A stretch of DNA of 64,000 bases from Thermodesulfobacteriota bacterium (GTDB lineage: Bacteria; Desulfobacterota; Desulfarculia; Adiutricales; JAGVGV01): positions 3,148 through 67,147 of the forward strand of contig JBFMAW010000032.1 of assembly GCA_040755515.1 (NCBI GenBank), in the 5' to 3' direction. Numbering within the stretch: position 1 is the stretch's first letter; every line of letters begins with the position of its first letter. A program made the translations under genes and the position numbers. The notes under the pieces were generated by a model that worked only from the letters and a program-made list of their open reading frames with translations, was not told the DNA's origin and made no database searches. Shown here in pieces: positions 1-8,730 of this stretch.

Positions 1-844
1 TGGGCTCCGGCCGCGGCAGGTCTCCGGCCGCCAGGATCATTTCTATGGTCGGAATGATCCGTTTCAAAAGACCGGTCTGGCGGAACATGTCCCGGCAGCC
101 CAGACGGACGGCCCGTTCGGGTTCGGAAGAAGGCCGGGCCGCGACCCGGAAGGCCACCGGCACCACGGTCTCGAATTTGAAAATGTCGGCGACGTCGAAG
201 ACGAACGACCGCGGCTTGCCGGTATGGATGAAACCCACCGACGGAGCATAACCGGCCGCCAGGATGGCCGCCTCGGTCAGGCCGTAGAGACATGACGTGG
301 CCGAACTCAGGCAACGATTGGTCAGATTGCTTCTATCCCAATTATTGGGATCGTAGTCCCGGCCGTCCCATTTTACCCCGGCCCGCTTGGCCAGGAGATC
401 ATAGAGCTTGCGGACCCTCGCGCCCTCGATGCCGCGAAGCTGATCCACGCTCCGGCGCTCGGGCGCCTCTTCGCCGAACCGAAGGCTGTACATCTTGCGC
501 ACCACTTTGAGTCGGGCCGTCTCGTCCGAAGCCAGGCGGAATTGGTAGAGCAGGCGGTCCGACCTGGCGCCGCCGGGCTGGCCGGCGGCATACAGTCGGA
601 CCCCGCCTTCACCGACCCAAACCAAAAGACAACCCGCCCGCGCGGCCAGGGTCACCGCGGCGTGGGAGACGCGGATGCCCGGTTCGAGCATGAGACAGCA
701 GACGCCGCCCACCGGGATGTGTGTCCGCACGCCGTTTTTGTCGAGCAAGACAAAGGAACCGTCCAGCACGTCCAGGTTTCCTTTCTCGAGGAACAGGATG
801 GACAGGCGTTCCTTGATGGTCAAGGGTCGTAGCGTCGGCAGCAT
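1..844 (-). CDS. cas1: Cas1, type I-E (partial; C-terminus lies beyond the left window edge)
   Basis: Not in the ORF track because it is truncated. Manual translation of the minus strand from ATG at 844-842 gives MLPTLRPLTIKERLSILFLEKGNLDVLDGSFVLLDKNGVRTH. This resembles the E. coli Cas1 N-terminus (LPLKDRVSMIFLQYG...). It sits 2 nt downstream of the cas6e stop, in the canonical I-E gene order. Confidence 0.85.
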   Translation of the reverse strand, partial: MLPTLRPLTIKERLSILFLEKGNLDVLDGSFVLLDKNGVRTHIPVGGVCCLMLEPGIRVSHAAVTLAARAGCLLVWVGEGGVRLYAAGQPGGARSDRLLYQFRLASDETARLKVVRKMYSLRFGEEAPERRSVDQLRGIEGARVRKLYDLLAKRAGVKWDGRDYDPNNWDRSNLTNRCLSSATSCLYGLTEAAILAAGYAPSVGFIHTGKPRSFVFDVADIFKFETVVPVAFRVAARPSSEPERAVRLGCRDMFRQTGLLKRIIPTIEMILAAGDLPRPEP

Positions 845-846
845 GA

Positions 847-1524
847 TCAGGCCCTCCGGATCAACAGCAGACCGCAACCGTAAGCCTTGGCCGGTCCGAG
901 ACCCAGATACAACGTTTCCTTGAACCGGCCGGCGTCCGTCACCCGCAGGCGGCCGTGGAAGTCCAGGGTCGAAAACCTGACCGCGCCGCGCGCTTTCGGT
1001 TTCTGATACACGTGCTGACGGTACCCGTCCACCCTGATCTCCTCGGGCTTGATCATGAAGCCGGACCGCTCCATCCGCTCCTCGAGCCAGGCCGCGCCGG
1101 CTTCCTGGATCAACCCGGCCGTGAAGGCGGCCTCGTTCCCGGGATCGGCCGCCCGCAACTTTTGCTTGGCCTCCATGACCACGTCGTGGCGGTGCTGGCG
1201 GTCGTCTTCGTCCCGCTTGGAGACCACGGGGTTGGCCTTCAGACTGAACAGAAAGGACCGGCCTTCTTCGATTCGCGGATCGTAATCCTTGCACTCGACC
1301 GACAGCGGACCTTCGGACGATCGAGGCGGCCGGGCCGAAACCACGTAGAAGGTCGGCAGGCCCGAGGTCATCTCCACCCGGTAAATGAAGTCCCTCTTCC
1401 GCTCCGGAGCGTCTCCGAAATGGGACCACAGCAGTTGGTGGAGCTGGTACCCGTCGCCCAGGGCCCGCCAGAAGTCCGGGCTCTTTTCCGCGCCCGGCCG
1501 GGGACGCAAGCGGCTGAAGTACAT
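847..1524 (-). CDS. cas6e: Cas6e (CasE/Cse3) crRNA endoribonuclease
   Basis: 225 aa. The C-terminal GLGPAKAYGCGLLLIRRA matches the Cas6e glycine-rich signature. It occupies the position after cas5e. Confidence 0.9.
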   Translation of the reverse strand: MYFSRLRPRPGAEKSPDFWRALGDGYQLHQLLWSHFGDAPERKRDFIYRVEMTSGLPTFYVVSARPPRSSEGPLSVECKDYDPRIEEGRSFLFSLKANPVVSKRDEDDRQHRHDVVMEAKQKLRAADPGNEAAFTAGLIQEAGAAWLEERMERSGFMIKPEEIRVDGYRQHVYQKPKARGAVRFSTLDFHGRLRVTDAGRFKETLYLGLGPAKAYGCGLLLIRRA

Positions 1525-1527
1525 GGC

Positions 1528-2268
1528 TCAATCCTCCCCTTTCAGGCCGGCCGGCAGGCCGGCGTGATACTCGGCCCTCTGACCGAACTGCCAGCGCCTC
1601 CGGCTCAGGGGTTCATCCAACCGAAAGAAGACCTGGTCGGGTTCGGCCCCGGCTTCGACCCCGTGTTCCCAGTAGAGTTCCGGCGATTGGGTTCTCGGCA
1701 GCCCGTCCAGAAAGCCGTCCCCCTGGAAAAACGCCCCTTGAAAAGCGGCCACCAGGCTTTCGGCCATGACCAGCCTAGGCTCGAAAGGCAGTCCCGGCGG
1801 GCAGGACTTGCGGCCCAGGCAGGGCGCGAATATCGGTTCGTCCAGGGCCTGGGCCAGTCGCGCCAGATCGTGGTCGGCCGGATGCCGCTTCAACCAGACA
1901 CAGACGGCATAGAGCGCTTCCATGCGATATTGCCGGCTCGAAAGAATGGTGACGATCTGTTTGGGATCGGCCTCCAGCTCCTCGCGCCGGGTGAAATAAC
2001 GCCTTCCCCCGGCCGCCTTGACCGTCTGGGTCGTGTGGTAGTCAGTCAGGAGAATGCCCATGGAATCCACTAGCACGGCCAGGCCCAGGTCCTGGATCAG
2101 GGCCTGGTGTCGTTCCTCCCGGTCGCGCCTGTATCCCAGAGCCCCGGCCAGGAGCCCGATCACGGCCGACTTGGTGGGATGGGTCAGACTGGGCCGCTCC
2201 TCGCCCACGGCCACGTGGCCCCAGGCGGCCAGGGTTCCGTACACCCTGAAAACCAGATAGTCCCGCAT
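1528..2268 (-). CDS. cas5: Cas5e (CasD)
   Basis: 246 aa. The N-terminus MRDYLVFRVYGTLAAWG...PTKSAVIGLLAGALG is typical of Cas5e. Its start overlaps the cas7 stop by 1 nt. Confidence 0.9.
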   Translation of the reverse strand: MRDYLVFRVYGTLAAWGHVAVGEERPSLTHPTKSAVIGLLAGALGYRRDREERHQALIQDLGLAVLVDSMGILLTDYHTTQTVKAAGGRRYFTRREELEADPKQIVTILSSRQYRMEALYAVCVWLKRHPADHDLARLAQALDEPIFAPCLGRKSCPPGLPFEPRLVMAESLVAAFQGAFFQGDGFLDGLPRTQSPELYWEHGVEAGAEPDQVFFRLDEPLSRRRWQFGQRAEYHAGLPAGLKGED

Positions 2269-3320
2269 CAGACCGCCTCCACGAAAGCGACTATCTCCTC
2301 GAGCGTACCGACTCCGGAATGAACGTTCATGACGCGATAGCCTTCAGCCAGGGGCCCGTAGGCCTGGTCCATCTTGGTCCGCGTTTCCTCGAGTCGGTCT
2401 ATGGCCCCGGCCAGCATGTCTTCGCCCTTGACCGGCCGGAGAAAGGCCACGGAAAGGGAACGGGGCTGCCGCTGGCCTTTTTCCGCCAGGATGTACGAGG
2501 CGTAGGCCCGGGAGGCGAAGCTGTTCTGTTTGCCGGTCGGGGCCACCATGGCCGCGGCCTGGACCAGGGCGCGCCCGGCCTTGACCGCCAGGCCGGGTTT
2601 GTATTTCAGATGCTCACGCAGCAGATCGCCATTGACGCAGACGTAGAGATAGAACAGGCCGGCCCCGAACTCGGTCTCGCCCATGTGGCCCGCGCCCAGG
2701 TCTTCCCGGCCCGTGTTGAGATCGTCCACGGCGGTGAAGAAATCGTCCTCGACCGCGGTTTCGTGCACGGTGACGGCGTGGGCCACCTGGACGGCCGCCT
2801 CGACGTTGAATTCGGTTTTACCGGCCAACATCCGGCCGAACATGGCCACGTCCACGGCCGTCTCGACCTTGGTCAGGAGATTCAGGTCGTCCTCGCCCGG
2901 CGGTTCCTTGGTCCGGGCCAGGCGGTCGGCCAGGGCCATGACCGCCGCCTCCTCGGCCGGGCTGAAATGGGCCAGTTGTTCGATCTCGAGTCCGTCTTTC
3001 TTGAGTTTGCCGAAGACTTCGGCGATCCGGCCGGCCCATTCCCTGGCCTGGCCTTCGTCGACGCCGCCCTCGAGCAGGCGGCTCAGGACCCGACCGCCCA
3101 TATCCTTGGTCCGGACGCCCACGTGGGCGGCCAGGCCGTCGGGATTTTTATCCAGCTTGAAGAACTCGGACGTGCGCCAGGCCCGTTTGAGGCTCTGGGA
3201 AGATATGCGCAGGCGCTGCCTGCCGCCCATGATGGCGGTCTTGGGCCGGCCGAGATCGTCCCGGTTCAGGTTGGCCGGGGGATAGGAAGTCAGGAAATGA
3301 AGCTGCAGGAACTGGGTCAT
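2268..3320 (-). CDS. cas7: Cas7e (CasC/Cse4) Cascade backbone subunit
   Basis: The ORF extends to 3374, but the internal start MTQFLQLHFLTSYPPANLNRDDLGRPK at 3320 follows a GGAGG-type RBS and avoids overlap with cse2. The LNRDD motif is characteristic of Cas7e. Confidence 0.9.
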   Translation of the reverse strand: MTQFLQLHFLTSYPPANLNRDDLGRPKTAIMGGRQRLRISSQSLKRAWRTSEFFKLDKNPDGLAAHVGVRTKDMGGRVLSRLLEGGVDEGQAREWAGRIAEVFGKLKKDGLEIEQLAHFSPAEEAAVMALADRLARTKEPPGEDDLNLLTKVETAVDVAMFGRMLAGKTEFNVEAAVQVAHAVTVHETAVEDDFFTAVDDLNTGREDLGAGHMGETEFGAGLFYLYVCVNGDLLREHLKYKPGLAVKAGRALVQAAAMVAPTGKQNSFASRAYASYILAEKGQRQPRSLSVAFLRPVKGEDMLAGAIDRLEETRTKMDQAYGPLAEGYRVMNVHSGVGTLEEIVAFVEAV

Positions 3321-3333
3321 GATGCTCCTCCTT

Positions 3334-3852
3334 TCAGGCTTTCTTCGGGTCTTCCCGGTCAGGGGCATGGTCATAGTAGTCGAAGGCCAGGCGCTTCTTG
3401 GCTTCCGGCCCCCAATAATAGACGGTCTGGGCCAGGTCGACGATGCCGGCCCGATGGTCGAGCAGGCCCAACACCCGGACCAGGCGCTCGGCCAGGTCCT
3501 CCCGGTCTTCCACCTTCAAGAGCCGGCGGAAACGGAGTCCGCTGACCGCGGCGTTCTGGGACTTGTCTTTGGGTTGGGCCATCCGTTGGCCCAGTTTGAA
3601 TTGAGGTTCATCCTGGCGGACGTGGGCCAGGACCCGAGCCGTCGCGGCCAGGCTTTCCGGGTTGGCCGGGCCGAAAGGCCGCAGGGCCCGGCGCAGTCGG
3701 TGAAAGGCCGGGCAGAAGGCCGCCTCGAGGCTCGAACGCGCGCGCCGCAACTCGGTCCGGCCGCCCTTGTCCTCTTCCAGGCCCTGCCACCAGGCGATCA
3801 GGGCCTCCCGGGGGCCGTCTTCGGCCAGTTTCAGACTTTGGATGTGGGGCAT
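3334..3852 (-). CDS. cse2: Cse2 (CasB/Cas11e) small Cascade subunit
   Basis: 172 aa, Arg-rich and helical. It lies between cse1 and cas7 as in canonical I-E operons. Confidence 0.8.
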   Translation of the reverse strand: MPHIQSLKLAEDGPREALIAWWQGLEEDKGGRTELRRARSSLEAAFCPAFHRLRRALRPFGPANPESLAATARVLAHVRQDEPQFKLGQRMAQPKDKSQNAAVSGLRFRRLLKVEDREDLAERLVRVLGLLDHRAGIVDLAQTVYYWGPEAKKRLAFDYYDHAPDREDPKKA

Positions 3853-3855
3853 GGT

Positions 3856-5505
3856 CTACCTCCTTTTCTTGGACGAAGCCGGTTGAGGAGACTCCGGCGG
3901 CTGGGGTAACAGCAGAGTCTTGATCACTTTCTTGCCGCCGGGGGCCAAGGAAAGACGTAAATCGCGCCGGGCCAGGGCTATTCTCTTGGGATCGGCGTCT
4001 TCGATCTGGTCGGCCTGCGAGTGCCGATCGAAGAGGCTTAAAGCCTCTTCCCGCAACCGGCTGAGCCAGACCAGTTTCAGATCGGTTATTTCCTGGGACC
4101 ACATGGAAGAGTCCGGAGTCAGGACCGCCTTTAACCGGCCCAAGGTCTGGTAAAACCCGGGTTCCGTGGCTTCACAAAGGGCCGGCCTGATAAACGCAGG
4201 GTCCCTGGTCTTGGCCCTGGGGCTGAACCAGGCCTTTTTTATCGCCTGGAGTAATACCCAGGCCGCGTAATCCGCGCCGCGTATCAGGGCCGCCGCGGTA
4301 TCTTCAAAAACCTGGCGCCGGTCCGCCGGAACCAGGACCAGCGGCATGACGGCCTCAGACCAGCCCCGGGCCTTCATGTTGTCCATGTCGTAGCCGAAAG
4401 CCCAGACTCTGAACGACTCCGCTCCGGCTGCTTCCGGGACGGCCTCTTCCGTGACATAAGCGACGTACCGGGAAATAACGGCGGCGGGCAGGCGGCCTTC
4501 TTCCGGGTCGGCCAGGACCAGGCCCAGAAAATCACGATAGGCCAGGCTGCCCGGCTGGCCGTGGACCGGCAGGTATTCGTCTTTGTTTTTATAGTAAGGC
4601 GTCAGGGGATGGCGCCATCCGCCTTTATAATTATCACCATAAGGTTTGGTCCGGTACGCGGTCACCAGCCTGGACTGGACCCGGCCGCAGAGATCGCAAA
4701 TCCCTTCTTCAGCCGATCGATCGAAATCCAGACGTAAGCGGCGGGGCGTGGCCCAGAAGTACTGATCCGGCGCGGCATCCAGGGGAGTGATCTGCTGGCC
4801 CTTTTCGCTGGTCCGGGTGGGACCGAGCCAGGGGAAGCGGTCCGCCGGGGCCGTATGATCTCGAGGCGGACAAAGTTGAAGGAAGTCGGGTTCAGTCAGA
4901 ACATTCAACCAGACCGTCTGCCACAAGTTTTGACCCAAAGCCAGGGTGGTCAAAGGACCGCCGCCGCGCAGGCCGGTCCGAACGCCGGCACCGCCTGAAG
5001 GGGCATTGGTTTGCAGGGTGAAGAGGGCTTGAGCAGCGCAGGGTAAGCATATGGCCGTGACCTGACCTCGATGAACGAAATGATCCGCGTTATCTGTTAG
5101 TGTCTTTTCCCCAGGTTGCTCGATGAACAAACGGTGGATGGAGGACGGTTCGGCCTCAGCCAGCGGGTCCAGGTCCTGCATGAACCTGGGGCCGGGGCCG
5201 TCCAGGTTGAAGGCCTCCTTTACGGTGGAGAAGGTCAGCCGGAGTTCTTCCGGGTCGGGCGGGTTCTTGATTCTTACCCGCCAGGCTTTTTCATCCAACG
5301 GCGGCCAAAGGGTCTGGGCCAGGCCGATGAGGAACTGGGTCAAAGCGCCGTTGAAGTCAGGCCGCGCCGCGGCCAAGGCGGTGAAAGGATCGTCGTTTTC
5401 CGGCCCGAAGTCGCTTACGCGCCAGGGCTGAATCCATTCCATGGCCCCGGATAGCCGCCGGGCCGGCAGCCAGGGTTCGTCAATCAGGTTGAAAGGCATG
5501 TTCAC
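3856..5505 (-). CDS. cse1: Cse1 (CasA/Cas8e) large Cascade subunit
   Basis: 549 aa. The N-terminus FNLIDEPWLPARR matches the CasA FNLLxDPWIPV motif. It is immediately downstream of cas3. Confidence 0.88.
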   Translation of the reverse strand: MNMPFNLIDEPWLPARRLSGAMEWIQPWRVSDFGPENDDPFTALAAARPDFNGALTQFLIGLAQTLWPPLDEKAWRVRIKNPPDPEELRLTFSTVKEAFNLDGPGPRFMQDLDPLAEAEPSSIHRLFIEQPGEKTLTDNADHFVHRGQVTAICLPCAAQALFTLQTNAPSGGAGVRTGLRGGGPLTTLALGQNLWQTVWLNVLTEPDFLQLCPPRDHTAPADRFPWLGPTRTSEKGQQITPLDAAPDQYFWATPRRLRLDFDRSAEEGICDLCGRVQSRLVTAYRTKPYGDNYKGGWRHPLTPYYKNKDEYLPVHGQPGSLAYRDFLGLVLADPEEGRLPAAVISRYVAYVTEEAVPEAAGAESFRVWAFGYDMDNMKARGWSEAVMPLVLVPADRRQVFEDTAAALIRGADYAAWVLLQAIKKAWFSPRAKTRDPAFIRPALCEATEPGFYQTLGRLKAVLTPDSSMWSQEITDLKLVWLSRLREEALSLFDRHSQADQIEDADPKRIALARRDLRLSLAPGGKKVIKTLLLPQPPESPQPASSKKRR

Positions 5506-5509
5506 CTCC

Positions 5510-8227
5510 TTACTTCGAGGCCATGACTTGAACCGACAGTCCCCGCCGGGGATGGTAGACCAGCCGGACCGGTTTCCCGGACTCGTTCCAGGCCAGGCCG
5601 GTCCAGGACTCCTCGGGTCCGGGTTCGAGCGCCAGGAGCAAAGCGTCCCGGCCGTTGCCGGGCAGATTAACGCGGGCCGATTCCAGGGCCTCCCGCCGGA
5701 CCGGATCGTCCGGATCAGCCTCCTTAAATACCTTGGACCGGCGCACCCGGACCTGGCTCAATGGCCAGGCCTGGCTTCCCTCTCCGGCCGCCCAGGGCGC
5801 CAGCCGGTCTTTTTCCCAGCGGGCCAGGAAAATCGTGGTTTCCGGCAGCCCCAGCCTGGTCGGGGTGTCTTCCTCCCAAGCGACGCCTTCGGCGGTGTAA
5901 CCGCTGTCAGGCTTGAGGCTGTTCTGCCAGGCCAGACTGAGCCTGGCCCGGGCCTCACCCTCGGCCTTCAGGTCTCTGTCAGCCAAAGCGGCAGGGATAT
6001 GGTCTTCCGCTTCCGGGCCGTATACGCCCTCGATCAAGTCCCGGCTGGCCTCGGGCAGATCGAGACAACCTCTTTCGGCCAGAAGGCGGGCCGTCAGCCA
6101 CAACCGGCCGTGGCGGGGGTAAACATAGGCGCCGCGCGGGAAAAATTCTTCGTACCAGTTTCGTTTCGGGACGCCGGCCGGAGCTGGGCCGAAGACGACC
6201 AGGGCAGGTTCGGTCAAGGGTCGAAGCGGCCGCGCGTGCCGGTGCAGCCGGCCGGCGCGCTGGACGATCAAGTCCATCGGCGCCAGGTCCGTCACCAGGA
6301 AATCGAAGTCCAGGTCCAGGCTCTGTTCGACGACCTGGGTGGCGATAAGGAGCCGGCCGGCCCGGTCAGCCGGGCCGCCGGACGGGCCGAACCATTGGAG
6401 CACGTCGTTTTCGATGGTCAGGCGGTCGCCCAGGGCCAGTCGGGCGTGGAAGAGGCCGAGCCGTTCAGGCTCGACGCGGCCGAGCAGGCGGTCATGGGCC
6501 TCGAGGGCGTCATCCACCGTGTTTCTGATCCAACAGGCGCAGCCGCCGGACCGGATCACGGTCAAAAGCCGTTCCTCGATCTCCTCGACCCGAGAGCGGA
6601 TTTCCACCCGGACCCGGCGGGACGAACCCTGACGCCGGGCCACGACCCGTTCGATTGCCGGCCGGCCGGCCGTCACCTGGGTGACCAGCGGAAAACCGGA
6701 TTCGCCCAGGGCGGAAGTTACTCCCCATGATCCGGCCAGTTGACCGGCGAAGCGGTCAACGTACCTTTGTCGGGCCGAACGGGGCAGCGTGGCCGACAGC
6801 AGGATGACGCTGCCGCCCAGGCCGGCCATGAATTCGAGCAGCCCGCGGATCAGTTCCGCAAGATATTCGTCATAGGCGTGGACTTCATCCAGGATGAGCA
6901 CGTTCCGGGCCAGACCCAGCAGGCGCAGGGCCTGGTGCCGCACGGGCAGAACGCCGAGGACGGCCTGGTCCACGGTCCCCACTCCCACCGAAGCCAGCAG
7001 CGACTTTTTCCGGTTGTCCGCCAGCCAAAGGGAGCACTCGGCTTCGGCCGTCTCTTCATCAGGACGGTAAAGCCGGGCTAGGCCGGGCCCGATTCGGATC
7101 AAGGAACGCCGGAAGACTTCGTTGACGCCGCGGCTGCCGTGGGCCAGGACCAGGGATACGCTCTCGTTTTCGGCAAACAGGCGGCGATAAGCCTTTATGA
7201 GCCGGCCGTACATGGCGTTGGCCGTGGCCATGGTGGGCAGGCCGATGAACAGGCCGTGGCCCTGGCCCGCGCACATGAGCCGATGGGCCAGGGTGATGGC
7301 CGCTTCGGTTTTACCTCCGCCCGTGGCTTCTTCGATGATGAAAAGCCGCGGGCCGGAATCGAGAGGGCATTCCTCGACGAAACGCTGGAGAGGCGTCGGT
7401 CGAGCCAGAGCCGGCCATAACCTGGCCAGGCCGGTCTCGAGAGACGGCCGACCCGGCAGGAGACCGCTGTCGGCCAAGGCGCTTTCGGCCTGTTGCCGGG
7501 CCTGGACCCAATAAATCTCCATGGGTACAGGATCGAGCCGGTAGGAGAAAAGCTCGGAATTCGAGGCCAGCCAGTCGCAGACAATAGCCAGGCCGGCCAG
7601 CAGCCAGGAGGCTCTCCGCCATTGTTCCGGGTCTCGAGGCCATTGGCCGGGTCGGGCTTCCGGCTCGAGCAACCGGACCAAAGCCTCGGCGTAGGCCAGC
7701 AAGGCGGCCCGATCGCCAGGGGTGAAAAAATCCTTGAATCGCCCGGCAAAGGGTTTGAGGCCGGACGGACGGCCGTGGTGGCCGGCCGAAGTCAAGGCCC
7801 AGGGCCTCAGCAAATCCCTGGGGTTGATGGCCTCGGTCATTCCGAACCAGCCGCGGCTCACCCAGTTCGGCAGGAGCGATTCCCGCCAGGCCAGCCCGGA
7901 CAGGTAGTCGTGCCGATGAGGATAAGGCGTGCGGCCGGTCGGACCGTTGAGTCGCCGGACCAGGTCCGGTCGCAAACCCTGGAAGCCTTCGGAAAACTTG
8001 CCCGCGTCGTGCAAGCCGATGAAGAAGGCCGTTAACGGGACGACCAGAGATTCGGACAGGCCGGCGACCAGGGCCAGGCGCCGGCGAAGAAGGCGGTCAT
8101 CTTCCAGCCATACTTTTGCCACGGCGGACGCATCGAGGCCGTGATAACAAAGGAGGTGGCCGTCGGATTCGCCGTGTCCCGATTTACCCCAATACGAATG
8201 ATAACTTTCCTGGACGGACGCCATCAT
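5510..8227 (-). CDS. cas3: Cas3 HD nuclease / DEAD-box helicase, type I-E
   Basis: 905 aa. The N-terminal HD region reads YWGKS...HLLCYHGLDASAV...HDAGKF. Helicase motifs are GGGKTEA (Walker A), DEVHAYD (motif II) and SATLP. Confidence 0.92.
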   Translation of the reverse strand: MMASVQESYHSYWGKSGHGESDGHLLCYHGLDASAVAKVWLEDDRLLRRRLALVAGLSESLVVPLTAFFIGLHDAGKFSEGFQGLRPDLVRRLNGPTGRTPYPHRHDYLSGLAWRESLLPNWVSRGWFGMTEAINPRDLLRPWALTSAGHHGRPSGLKPFAGRFKDFFTPGDRAALLAYAEALVRLLEPEARPGQWPRDPEQWRRASWLLAGLAIVCDWLASNSELFSYRLDPVPMEIYWVQARQQAESALADSGLLPGRPSLETGLARLWPALARPTPLQRFVEECPLDSGPRLFIIEEATGGGKTEAAITLAHRLMCAGQGHGLFIGLPTMATANAMYGRLIKAYRRLFAENESVSLVLAHGSRGVNEVFRRSLIRIGPGLARLYRPDEETAEAECSLWLADNRKKSLLASVGVGTVDQAVLGVLPVRHQALRLLGLARNVLILDEVHAYDEYLAELIRGLLEFMAGLGGSVILLSATLPRSARQRYVDRFAGQLAGSWGVTSALGESGFPLVTQVTAGRPAIERVVARRQGSSRRVRVEIRSRVEEIEERLLTVIRSGGCACWIRNTVDDALEAHDRLLGRVEPERLGLFHARLALGDRLTIENDVLQWFGPSGGPADRAGRLLIATQVVEQSLDLDFDFLVTDLAPMDLIVQRAGRLHRHARPLRPLTEPALVVFGPAPAGVPKRNWYEEFFPRGAYVYPRHGRLWLTARLLAERGCLDLPEASRDLIEGVYGPEAEDHIPAALADRDLKAEGEARARLSLAWQNSLKPDSGYTAEGVAWEEDTPTRLGLPETTIFLARWEKDRLAPWAAGEGSQAWPLSQVRVRRSKVFKEADPDDPVRREALESARVNLPGNGRDALLLALEPGPEESWTGLAWNESGKPVRLVYHPRRGLSVQVMASK

Positions 8228-8435
8228 GAACCTCGATCAACGGAGTCTGGTCACGCCTGACCAACTCCCTGAAAGAGAATGTTGACCATCACTCGATCGC
8301 GCCGGGCGGTTTAAAGTGAGAGCAAGTCGCCCCTTTCTTCCCAAGGTATTTCTAACACAGCGCGCCAGGCCGGTCAAAGACCTGGCTTGGGTCAAGGAAG
8401 ACGGGCGCACGGCCGTGCGCCCCTGCGAATTAACA

Positions 8436-8461
8436 CGGTTCATCCCCGCGCCGTAGGGAAC
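8436..8461 (-). repeat. Solitary, decayed type I-E-like CRISPR repeat upstream of cas3
   Basis: The minus strand reads GTTCCCTACGGCGCGGGGATGAACCG. The ends GTTCCC and GCGGGGATGAACCG match the I-E repeat family (E. coli GAGTTCCCCGCGCCAGCGGGGATAAACCG). The left arm of the stem is degenerate and one nt short. I saw no second copy at about 61-nt spacing on either side. Confidence 0.5.
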
Positions 8462-8597
8462 ATAACAATCCCCCGGCCTAGGACCCATCACCGGCCGTTG
8501 GTTCGAGCCTACACCGGCATTTTGTCAAATCAGGACAAAATGAAATAAATAATCGCCGGCGGGATTCGGGCCGGCTAGCTTCGCTATTTCTTTGAAC

Positions 8598-8626
8598 TTG
8601 GATTTTTACGCGCGATGAAGGATAAT
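8598..8626 (+). promoter_or_regulatory. Possible sigma70-type promoter for the SIR2-TIR/STAND pair
   Basis: TTGGAT, 17 nt, GATAAT, in the AT-richer part of the cas3 / SIR2-TIR divergent intergenic region. Motif match only. Confidence 0.3.
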
Positions 8627-8730
8627 GGAGATCAAGAAACAGACTTTAGCAACATGACGGCGGCCGGGGAGGACGGTTCCGTTACCGGCCGGATCGAGAC
8701 CGCCGGGAAACAGCCTCTCACTGGATAAAC

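Noticed and set aside
8237-8491. An 84-aa minus-strand ORF in the cas3 upstream intergenic region.
   Set aside because: It has no RBS or motif support and an unremarkable composition, and it spans the decayed CRISPR repeat. It is more likely non-coding.
8228-8730. A multi-repeat CRISPR array between cas3 and the SIR2-TIR gene.
   Set aside because: Only one repeat-like unit is present. The sequences ~61 nt on either side do not resemble it.
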